From: Alphaproteobacteria bacterium
GTDB taxonomy: Bacteria; Pseudomonadota; Alphaproteobacteria; UBA828
Assembly: GCA_965221125.1 (NCBI GenBank)
Contig: CBDCRW010000003.1
Coordinates: 64,001-128,000 of the forward strand
Length of the DNA stretch: 64,000 nucleotides
Direction: 5' to 3'
Position numbers and translations under genes: made by a program. The notes below the pieces were generated by a model that did not search any database, was not told the origin of the DNA, and worked only from the letters and a program-made list of their open reading frames with translations. This document shows positions 9,010 to 17,280 of the stretch, piece after piece. The first letter of the stretch is position 1; each line of letters starts with the position of its first letter.

Positions 9010-10548
9010 TCAGTTTGCGACGCGTTTCGCCGGTGTCTCTTCCGGCTTGCAGCCCGTGGGGCAGCACCGCCCCGGCTGACGGTCGCGGCTTTCCGTGCCG
9101 CTTTCGTCCGCAAGCACGCCCCGGTCGAGCAGCTTCTCCACGAGCGCCACCTTGTCCTCCACCGGGTAGCTGCGGAAGATTTCGAGGCCCGTCGCCTGCG
9201 GCGAGCCGCCGCCGTGCAGGCTGATGACCGAGTACCAGCCGGCGGTGCCGGAGGCGGTCAGGTCCTCGATCAGGCGGGCGACCTCCATGCGCTCGCCATA
9301 GGGCAGGTCCTCCCGCCCCTTCAGCATCTCCGCGAGGGTGCCGGCGGTCGCCGGATTGTGGTCCTCGTCCGGCCCCGGCAGCGCGACCACCAAACCGCCC
9401 GAGACCTCGTGCGCGATGCGGTGCATGTCGTAGATCTGTGTCGACAGCAGCAGCTTGCCGATATTGGCGAAGACGCGGTCGGGCTCGACGCAGCCGGAGC
9501 CGTCCGCCACCGCGTAGACCGAACTCGCGACACCGCAGGCATAGAAGCCCTCGACGATCTTGATCAGCTCCACCATGCGGTCGCGCAGGTGCGACGTGCG
9601 CTCGACCTCCAGGCCGTTGGCCTCGGCCATCAGGACGCCGGCGCCGATCAGCAGGTCGCCGAAGCCCGCGCGCGCGCCGATGCAGGAATGCCGGTGGTGC
9701 GTCGCATAGGCCTGCGTGAGCGACTGCGAATATTCCCACTCGCCGGCGAGGAACACGCGCTCCCACGGCACGAACACGTCGTCGAAGATCACCACGCCGG
9801 TGGACTGGCCGTAGCGGGCGCTGAAGGTAGCCGCCTTCTCGCCCGGCCGGCCTGCGGGGCGGGCGACGACGGTGACGCCGTCGGCATCCACCGGCACCGC
9901 ACAGCAGAGCGCAAAGTCCTTGTCGTCTTCCGTCATGTTGCGGCAGGGCATGACCAGATACTCGTGGACGTAGGGCGCCGCCGTGACAATCGCCTTCGCG
10001 CCGCGAATCACGATGCCGTCGGGCCGGCGCCGCGCGATGTGCACGTAGGAATCGCGCACGGTCTGGGCATGGGGCCGGCGCGAGCGGTCGCCTTTGCCGT
10101 CGGTCATGGCGACGCCGAGGGTGAGGTCCTCGGCCTGCACCCGGTGGAGGTAGGCGAGGAAGCGCTCGTGCAGGGCGCTCCCGGTCTCCTGATCCATGCG
10201 CCACGCGGTCTGGTGGATGGCGTTGAGTCCGTCCTGAGTCAGGTAGCGCTGGGCGCAGCCGGTGTACTGGCAGACGAGCCGCACCGCCTCCAGCTTGTGG
10301 AGCTGGTCGGTGGTCGAGCGGTTGATGTGGAGGAAGCGGTGGACCTCGTCGCCGGTGCTCTCCTCCACCGCCGTCATCGTCTGGCGGTGCTGCTCGGCCT
10401 GCGCGAAATCGTAGACGAGCCCCAGCGCGGCAACGCCGGGCCCGAAGCGCGGCTCGTCGGCGACGGACGCGACCTCGTCGCCGTCGACATAGACGCGGGG
10501 CGAGAGCCGCCGCAGTGACTCCCGGTACTCCTCGCCGGACATCAACAT
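9010..10548 (-). CDS. 4-hydroxybutyryl-CoA dehydratase / HpaB-family flavoprotein, atypical
   Basis: YRESLR..PRVYVDG, AMTDGKGDRS, GIVIRGAK, VIFDDVFVPWERVF, SLHGGGSP. Confidence 0.85.
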   Translation of the reverse strand: MLMSGEEYRESLRRLSPRVYVDGDEVASVADEPRFGPGVAALGLVYDFAQAEQHRQTMTAVEESTGDEVHRFLHINRSTTDQLHKLEAVRLVCQYTGCAQRYLTQDGLNAIHQTAWRMDQETGSALHERFLAYLHRVQAEDLTLGVAMTDGKGDRSRRPHAQTVRDSYVHIARRRPDGIVIRGAKAIVTAAPYVHEYLVMPCRNMTEDDKDFALCCAVPVDADGVTVVARPAGRPGEKAATFSARYGQSTGVVIFDDVFVPWERVFLAGEWEYSQSLTQAYATHHRHSCIGARAGFGDLLIGAGVLMAEANGLEVERTSHLRDRMVELIKIVEGFYACGVASSVYAVADGSGCVEPDRVFANIGKLLLSTQIYDMHRIAHEVSGGLVVALPGPDEDHNPATAGTLAEMLKGREDLPYGERMEVARLIEDLTASGTAGWYSVISLHGGGSPQATGLEIFRSYPVEDKVALVEKLLDRGVLADESGTESRDRQPGRCCPTGCKPEETPAKRVAN

Positions 10549-10560
10549 CCTGTCCCCCGT

Positions 10561-11445
10561 TCAGCCGGCCTGCGCGTCCCGCTGGCGGATCGCCTCGGCA
10601 ATCCGCAGCACGCGCTCGGCCTTCTCGTAGATCGGGTAATCGATGAAGTAGCCGTCGACCTGGATGGAGGCCGAGCCCGCAGCCTCGGCTTCCCTGAAGG
10701 CGGCGACATGCTTCTCGGCCTGGACCACGGCATCGGCGCTCGGTGTGAACACGCGGTTGACCGGCTCCACCTGCTTGGGGTGGATGCAGAGCTTGCCCTG
10801 GAAGCCGAAGCTGAGCGCGGTGTGCGCCGAGCGCTCCAGGTTGTCTGCGTCCGCGAGATCGATGAAGACCGTGTCGATGGGGGGCTCCAGCCCGCCGACG
10901 CGGGAGGCGAGCACGATGGTCGCGCGCGCGTGCGCAAGCTCGGCTTCCGCCCCGGTCCAGACCATTCCCATGTCGCGCGTGTAGTCGCCCGCGCCGAAGG
11001 AGAGCCGGCGGACGCGCGTACCGGTAGCCGCGATCGCCTGGGCCGCAGCGACGCCCCGGCCGGTCTCGATGATCGGCACCAGGTCGATGGCGCCCCTCTC
11101 GAGCCCCCGCTCGCGCTCGAGCTGGCCGAGCAGCCAGTCCACCGTCTCCAGCTGGCCGGGCGCCTCGACCTTCGGCAGCATGACGCCGTCCACGCCTGCC
11201 GCCACGACGGCCTGGAGGTCGCCGTAGCAGTAGTCGGTGTCGAGCCCGTTCACGCGTACGTAGCCGAGGCAGGCGCGCGGCGCCTGCAGGGCATCCACGA
11301 CGACCGCCCGCGTCGCTTCCTTCTCCGCCGCGGCGACGGCGTCTTCGAGGTCGAGGATCACGGCGTCGGCGCCGGCGCCGAAGACCTTGGCGACCTTGCG
11401 CGGATGGTTACCCGGGGCAAACAGGTAGGTGCGGTGCAGCTTCAT
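10561..11445 (-). CDS. CitE/HpcH-HpaI family CoA-ester lyase
   Basis: RTYLFAPG, DAVILDLEDAV, MLPKVE, IIET, GKLCIHPKQ; ATG at 11445. Confidence 0.92.
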   Translation of the reverse strand: MKLHRTYLFAPGNHPRKVAKVFGAGADAVILDLEDAVAAAEKEATRAVVVDALQAPRACLGYVRVNGLDTDYCYGDLQAVVAAGVDGVMLPKVEAPGQLETVDWLLGQLERERGLERGAIDLVPIIETGRGVAAAQAIAATGTRVRRLSFGAGDYTRDMGMVWTGAEAELAHARATIVLASRVGGLEPPIDTVFIDLADADNLERSAHTALSFGFQGKLCIHPKQVEPVNRVFTPSADAVVQAEKHVAAFREAEAAGSASIQVDGYFIDYPIYEKAERVLRIAEAIRQRDAQAG

Positions 11446-11744
11446 GGGAACTCGCTGAAGGCTCGGGCCAAACAACCACAGCGCACCGCCCCGATCAAGG
11501 CGGCCGGTGCCGGCGGCGGGAACTTTAGCGGGGGAAGCGGGTCTGCGGCGTTATTTGGGTCTTTGTTATGGAAAAGCCAAGGAAAGCCCGTATGCTTCCC
11601 GAAATATACGCTTTGTTCTGGCAAGGTGGACCATCTTCTGGTCTTGTGCTCGACTTGCGAACGACGCTTGTGCCAGCCTGAGCGATGACCCGAACGGATT
11701 GAGACGCCACGTCTCGGGCCATCGATGACGAACGGAGGACGGCC

Positions 11745-12245
11745 ATGATCCGGAGCTGGAAACGACGCCTGGTCGGCGGACTCGCGCTTGGCGTTGCCAT
11801 CATGCTGGGATCGTCCCTGGCGGCAACCTCCCTGCGGGCCGATTCGGAATGGTCGTGGGAAGGCGCGATCGTCGGCGGGGTCATCGGCGGATTGATCGGC
11901 TCGACGCACGACGGCAGGACCGATCGCCGGGCCGCGCTCCGCGTCACCACGGCTCTGGCTCCCTTCTACGACGGGCCGTTCATCGTCCATCATCACCACG
12001 GGGGTTGGCATCGCCACCCGTGGAAGCACCGGCGCGGGTGGCACGTCTGGCTGGGACACTGGGAGCCCTGGCACGTGCGCTTGGATCGGTATCACCATCG
12101 CCAGTGGCGCGGCCCGTGGGTCCAGCTACGGTCGGTGCCCCCGCATCCGCAAGCGCACCAGCATCGCCACGGCCACCAGGCGCACCAGCAGACCCGGCAG
12201 ACGAATCCGCAGGTGCACCGGCACGGTCATGCCCACAGGTGGTAG
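11745..12245 (+). CDS. Hypothetical secreted His/Trp-rich protein with glycine-zipper-like segment
   Basis: GGAGG RBS; signal-peptide-like N-terminus; GAIVGGVIGGLIG; 23 His and 12 Trp in 166 aa. Confidence 0.6.
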   Translation: MIRSWKRRLVGGLALGVAIMLGSSLAATSLRADSEWSWEGAIVGGVIGGLIGSTHDGRTDRRAALRVTTALAPFYDGPFIVHHHHGGWHRHPWKHRRGWHVWLGHWEPWHVRLDRYHHRQWRGPWVQLRSVPPHPQAHQHRHGHQAHQQTRQTNPQVHRHGHAHRW

Positions 12246-12282
12246 CGGCCGCGCCGCCGCGCCCTGATCGAATCGGCGCCGC

Positions 12283-12924
12283 CTATTCCGGGTGAAAGGC
12301 GATCTCGCCGTACCAGGCGCGGGCGCTCTGCCCGCAGTTGTCCGAATCGGTCATGACGGCAACGCCTTCGAGCGCGTCGACCTCCATGCCGAAGAGGCGG
12401 CGGAAGTCGGCGCGAACGTTCCTCCTGTAGCTCTGCCACGTCCCGGCCTCTCCCTCGCCTGACTGGACGGCGACCATCATGACCTTGGAGGAGAACGGGT
12501 TGGGCCAGCTCTGGCCCACGTCCGCCTGGTTCGCCCACACGTAGTTGACCGCCCGCGGCATGTCGAACCATTCCTCGCCGGGCGCGACGACGTAGATCCG
12601 GGCCGCGAAGTCGTCGCCCTCCTTGATCCGCTCGTCGGCGACCGCGAGCGGCTTCTCGATGCGCCAGCTCCACTCGAGGATCGGCGTCTCCGTCAGGTCG
12701 ATCTCCCGCTCGAGGTAGAGGCTCGATGCCGTGGCGGCACTGTCCGCCTCGACGACGCGCCGCCCGTCGACCTCGACGACGCGGTATCGGGTCTCGCCCT
12801 CGAACTCCTCGATCTCCCAGCCGCCGCGGTCCCCCGACGACGGCCACTCCAGCACGAGCGGCGCGGCGTACGCCGGCAGCGCAATCATCGACAAGGCGAG
12901 AAAGGCGGGCGCGAAGGGGTGCAT
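12283..12924 (-). CDS. DUF3047 family periplasmic protein
   Basis: Signal peptide; TPILEWSW, KEGDDFAARIYV, NYVW, AVMTDSDN, YGEI. Confidence 0.88.
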   Translation of the reverse strand: MHPFAPAFLALSMIALPAYAAPLVLEWPSSGDRGGWEIEEFEGETRYRVVEVDGRRVVEADSAATASSLYLEREIDLTETPILEWSWRIEKPLAVADERIKEGDDFAARIYVVAPGEEWFDMPRAVNYVWANQADVGQSWPNPFSSKVMMVAVQSGEGEAGTWQSYRRNVRADFRRLFGMEVDALEGVAVMTDSDNCGQSARAWYGEIAFHPE

Positions 12925-13022
12925 CGGGCGAGTCTGTCCCACCGCGGCACCGCGGGCAACGGCGCGGGACGGCCAACCCGCATTGCCGTTTTGCTCGGAA
13001 GGGCATTAAAGCGGTCCATTCC

Positions 13023-13087
13023 GGCATACGCCGGCACAAAGTGGGACAAAGTGGCACAAAGTGGCTCATGATGGCCCAAGCTGGCCC
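13023..13087. repeat. 10-bp-period tandem repeat array
   Basis: GGCACAAAGT GGGACAAAGT GGCACAAAGT GGCTCATGAT GGCCCAAGCT, with degenerate flanking units. Confidence 0.8.
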
Positions 13088-13117
13088 GTCCCGGCGGCGG
13101 CAGGCGCCCGCTGGAGC

Positions 13118-13385
13118 AGCCCGCAATTCTCACCAGGGTCATGGTCTGCGCGGCGCTGTCCGGCCGACAGGCAAGGAGAGGCGCGCAGCGCGATGCAGGG
13201 ACATCGGGCAAGCGCATCGACGCAGCATGTCTGCCGGAGAGCGCCGCCCTTCGGGTCGCGCCCAGGCGCCCGCCCGCGGCGTCGCGGGCCTCAACCGTAT
13301 TCCCCGATACGCTTTTCGGCCCGCTCCTGGCGGATCGAACGCCTGGGCACGACGCAGGCCGTGACCCTGGTGAGAAATGCGGGCT
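13118..13385. mobile_element. MITE-like element with 33-bp terminal inverted repeats
   Basis: 13118-13150 and the reverse complement of 13353-13385 match at 30/33; no credible internal ORF. Confidence 0.7.
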
Positions 13386-13520
13386 AGCGCCCGGCGACGA
13401 GCCGGCTCCCCGGAGCCGCTCCGGCCCGACTCCCCCGGACGTGCGACGGTCTGCGCGCTGCATCGGCAGAGCCTGCCCCTACCCGCCCGCCGGCCCCGTG
13501 CACCGCACCATGGTGCGGGC

Positions 13521-14972
13521 CTAACCGGCGGCATCGTCCGCGCCTCTGCCCAGCAGCCGCACCCGCGCGCCGGCGAGCAGGTCGCGAAGCTTCGCGCGGA
13601 TCGCCCAGAGGCACACGAGGGAGGGGATCACCATGAGCGTCGTAATCACGAAGAAGGTGCCCCAATCGCCTTCCAGCCAGTCCACCAGCTCGCCGGAGGA
13701 CGCGGCGAGCAGCGTGCGGCCCGCCGTGCCGAGCGAGGCCAGCAGCGCGTACTGGGTGGCTGTATAGGTCCGGTCCACCAGCATCGAGATGAAGGCGACG
13801 AAGGTGACGGTCGCGAACGCGCTGGTGAGGTCGTCGATCACGACGGCCGCGGCGAACAGCACCTCCGACTTTCCGGACCACGCCAGCAGCGCGAACATGA
13901 GATTGGTCGTGGCCATCGCGATGCCGGAGACGAACATCGCGCGGACGAGGCCGATGCGGATCGCGACGAGGCCGCCGAGCACCGTGAACCCCACGGTGAC
14001 GATCCAGCCGAGGCCCTTGGAGTAGAGCGCGATGTCCGACTTGGTGAAGCCGATCTCCGTATAGAAGACCAGCGACATGCGCCCCATGAAGGCTTCGCCG
14101 ATCTTGAACAGGAAGACGAAGCCCAGGACCGCGAGCGCGATGGCGACCCCGTTCTTGGCGAAGAAGCGCATCAGGGGGCCGGCGACCGTGCCGCCGAGCC
14201 AGGCGGCGGCGCGCCCGAGCGGGCCGGTCATGCGCAGGCGCGACGCGATGCGCTCTTCGTCCTCGGCCTGGGCGGCGAGGCGTTCCGCCGCCGCAGCCTC
14301 CCGCACGAACAGGAGGCCGACATTGCAGAGCACGACCACGATGCCGAGCACGAGGAATGTCGCCTGCCAGTAGTTCTCGACGCCTGCGGACTGGAGCCCG
14401 CCGGCGGTCTCCAGCGCGACGATGCCGCCGAGCTTGAAGCCGCTCCACCAGCCGACGACCGCGACGGCCGCGCCGGCGGCCATGGCCTCGCCTTCCGACT
14501 TGCCCATCTGCTCGATCCTGAGCGCGTCGATGGCGATGTCCTGAGTCGCCGACGCCACGGCGATGGCGAGGCCGACTGCGATGACGGAACCGAGGCTTTC
14601 GGAGGGATCGAGCGCGCTCCACAGCACGAGACACAGCAAGACCGCGACTTGCAGGACGAGGATCCAGGCGCGCCGCTGGCCGATCCGGCTAGACAGCCAC
14701 GGCAGCCGCACGCGGTCGATGAGCGGGGCCCAGAGAAAGTTGAACGCATAGACGCCGAAGATGAGGCCGGCCCAGCCGATGGTGCTGCGGCTCAGCCCGT
14801 CTTCCGTCAGCCAGAGGGTGAGGCTGGTCCCGATGAGCACCCACGGAAAGCCGCTGATGATCCCGAGAAGGAGGATGCGGGCCATCCGCCGCTCGAAATA
14901 GACGGCGAGCGATTGCGCCAGTCCTTGCACGACGACCCCCGGGCGACTCGGTGCGCGATCGGCCCAGACCAT
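13521..14972 (-). CDS. ampG: AmpG family muropeptide MFS transporter (start uncertain)
   Basis: LGIISGFP, FLWAPLIDR, SATQDIAIDALRIE, YTATQYALLAS. Confidence 0.88.
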   Translation of the reverse strand: MVWADRAPSRPGVVVQGLAQSLAVYFERRMARILLLGIISGFPWVLIGTSLTLWLTEDGLSRSTIGWAGLIFGVYAFNFLWAPLIDRVRLPWLSSRIGQRRAWILVLQVAVLLCLVLWSALDPSESLGSVIAVGLAIAVASATQDIAIDALRIEQMGKSEGEAMAAGAAVAVVGWWSGFKLGGIVALETAGGLQSAGVENYWQATFLVLGIVVVLCNVGLLFVREAAAAERLAAQAEDEERIASRLRMTGPLGRAAAWLGGTVAGPLMRFFAKNGVAIALAVLGFVFLFKIGEAFMGRMSLVFYTEIGFTKSDIALYSKGLGWIVTVGFTVLGGLVAIRIGLVRAMFVSGIAMATTNLMFALLAWSGKSEVLFAAAVVIDDLTSAFATVTFVAFISMLVDRTYTATQYALLASLGTAGRTLLAASSGELVDWLEGDWGTFFVITTLMVIPSLVCLWAIRAKLRDLLAGARVRLLGRGADDAAG

Positions 14973-15100
14973 AGCGAGACGTTTGGCGTGCCGTCACCTT
15001 TTCATGTGTGAGCGGGACGGAGCACCGGCGCTATGGCGCACGCGGCGGCCACGGGCTATGTCGGCGCAGGGCGGAGCGAACCCGCGCACGGAGGCGACCC

Positions 15101-16273
15101 ATGAAGCTCGAAGGGATCAGGGTGCTGGATCTCTCCCGGTTCCTGCCGGGCCCGCACCTGGCGATGATGATGGCCGATCACGGTGCGGACGTGATCAAGG
15201 TCGAGGACCCGAAGAGCGGCGATCCCGCGCGCGCGATCGGACCCGCCGAGGCCGGCCACACGGTCTATTTCCGCAACGCGAACCGGGGCAAGCGGAACCT
15301 CGCCGTCGATCTCAAGAGCGAAGCCGGGCGCGAGGCCTTCATGCGGCTCGCCGAGACCGCCGACGTGATCCTCGAGACCTTCCGCCCCGGCGTCGTCGAA
15401 CGCCTCGGCATCGGCTACGACGCCGTGCAGGCGCGGGCGCCGCAGGTCGTCTACGCCTCCATCTCCGCCTTCGGCCAGTCGGGCCCCTACCGCGACCGCC
15501 CGGCCCACGACCTCAGCGTCAACGCGCTCGCCGGCGTCGCGAGCCTCAGCGTCGACGGCGACGGCAAGCCGGCCATGGCGTGCCTGCCGCCCTCCGACAT
15601 GGGCGGCTCGCTGATGGCGCTCGCCGGCATCCTCATGGCCCTGCTGCGCCGCCAGAGCACCGGGCGCGGCGACTACCTGGACCTCTCCATGTTCGACACG
15701 GTGGTATCGTGGACGCCGCACGTCGCCGGCCGCGTCTTCGCCGAGGGCAGCGCGCCGGACCCCTCATCCCAGCGCACGCAGGGCGGGGCCGCGTTCTACC
15801 GCCCCTACCGCACCAGGGACGGCCGCTACATCACCCTCGGCGGCGGCGAGATGAAGTTCGTCGTCAACTTCCTGGAGGCGGTGGAACGCCCCGACCTGAT
15901 CCCCCTCGGCCGCGAGCCCGCCGGCCCGGCGCAGGCGCAGCTCCATGCCTTCCTCGAAGAGACCTTCGCCCGGCGCACGCAGGCCGAGTGGGTCGAGTGG
16001 TTCGCCGGTCGCGACATCTGCTTCGCCCCGGTGCTCGACCTCAAGGAAGCCTTCGACGACCCACACCTAGCCGCGCGTGACATGCTCGTGCGGGACGGCG
16101 ACGGCGCCTCCCACCTCGGCATCCCGATCAAGTTCCGGGAGGAGCCGGGGCGGATCGACCCGGCGGTGCCCACCCTCGGCCAGCACAGCGCCGCGATCCT
16201 GCGCGAGATCGGCTACGGCGAGGCGGAATGCGCGGCGCTCGCCCAGGGCGGCGTCATCCGACAGGCGGAGTAG
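15101..16273 (+). CDS. CaiB/BaiF class III CoA-transferase
   Basis: LEGIRVLDLS, GADVIKVE, NRGKR, FRPGVVERLGIGY, HD motif; GGAGG RBS before ATG 15101. Confidence 0.92.
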   Translation: MKLEGIRVLDLSRFLPGPHLAMMMADHGADVIKVEDPKSGDPARAIGPAEAGHTVYFRNANRGKRNLAVDLKSEAGREAFMRLAETADVILETFRPGVVERLGIGYDAVQARAPQVVYASISAFGQSGPYRDRPAHDLSVNALAGVASLSVDGDGKPAMACLPPSDMGGSLMALAGILMALLRRQSTGRGDYLDLSMFDTVVSWTPHVAGRVFAEGSAPDPSSQRTQGGAAFYRPYRTRDGRYITLGGGEMKFVVNFLEAVERPDLIPLGREPAGPAQAQLHAFLEETFARRTQAEWVEWFAGRDICFAPVLDLKEAFDDPHLAARDMLVRDGDGASHLGIPIKFREEPGRIDPAVPTLGQHSAAILREIGYGEAECAALAQGGVIRQAE

Positions 16274-16284
16274 CCAAACGCGGG

Positions 16285-17256
16285 TCAGGCGCCCTTTGCG
16301 ATTCGCTCGGTGAAGAAGGCCGTGAAGCGGTCCGCGTCCACGTCCACGCAGGTGTCCATGTTGGGCTCCAGCTTGCGCGGGATGGTGCGCAGGATGTCGT
16401 TGCGGACGATGAGGTCGCGATCGATGGGCGTCGGCGCGAACTCGGCCGAGATGTGCAGCCGGGTCATCTCGCAATAGGACTTGTCGTGGGCGAGCGTCAC
16501 CGCCAGCGGGTCGTGCAGCCAGAGGCCGGTATGTTCGGTGGGGATGCCGACCGAAAGGTAGATCTGGCGCTCCTGCGGCGGCCAGACCGCGAGGATGCGG
16601 CTCACCATCTGCGCGACCGGGCGGTCCGAAGCGTTGATCACCTTGAGCTGGTCGTCGCGCAGCGGCACCTTCAGGGTCACGTCGATGGGGCAGAGCACCA
16701 TCGGCAGGCCCGAATTGCAGACGATCTGGGCCGCCACGGGGTCGTTGTTGAAGTTGTACTCCTCGACAGGCGATCGACGGATCCCCTTCTCGTCCACGAT
16801 GGGCACGATCACGCCGGCCATCATGATCAGCTCCTTGATGTTCTCCCTGATCGCCGGCTCCAGGACATAGGCGACCGCCATGTTGCTGACGGCGCCGAGG
16901 GTGACCACCGTGACCTCGCCCGGGTTCTCCATGATGTTGCGGATGATGAAGTTGGGCGCCGGCTCGTCGAGATAGGCGAGGTTCTCGTCTCCCTCCTCCA
17001 GGATGCCCTCGCCCTCGAAGCCGAACATCAGGTAGTTGCCGCCGAGCGGCTGGCCGACGCCGCGTGCTACTGGCACGTCGGGCCGGCCGTTCACGTCGAG
17101 CACCTTGCGTGCGATTCGCGAGCGCAGGTGGGTGTCGCCGTAGACGGTGGTGACGCCCAGCAGGTCCAGCTCCGGCGACTGGCAGCCGACGGAGACCGCG
17201 AGCGCGTCGTCGTAGTAGGTCCCGATGTCGGTGTCGATAACGATCTTCTGTGCCAT
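16285..17256 (-). CDS. Nucleoside hydrolase (IUNH family)
   Basis: DTDIGTYYDDALA, LGAVSN, EYNFNNDP, LHDPLA. Confidence 0.9.
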   Translation of the reverse strand: MAQKIVIDTDIGTYYDDALAVSVGCQSPELDLLGVTTVYGDTHLRSRIARKVLDVNGRPDVPVARGVGQPLGGNYLMFGFEGEGILEEGDENLAYLDEPAPNFIIRNIMENPGEVTVVTLGAVSNMAVAYVLEPAIRENIKELIMMAGVIVPIVDEKGIRRSPVEEYNFNNDPVAAQIVCNSGLPMVLCPIDVTLKVPLRDDQLKVINASDRPVAQMVSRILAVWPPQERQIYLSVGIPTEHTGLWLHDPLAVTLAHDKSYCEMTRLHISAEFAPTPIDRDLIVRNDILRTIPRKLEPNMDTCVDVDADRFTAFFTERIAKGA

Positions 17257-17280
17257 TGAGATGTCCCTTCTCTTCGTTGT

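Noticed and set aside
13023-13385. Possible CRISPR array
   Set aside because: The repeats are contiguous 10-mers without spacers plus one inverted pair; no cas genes.
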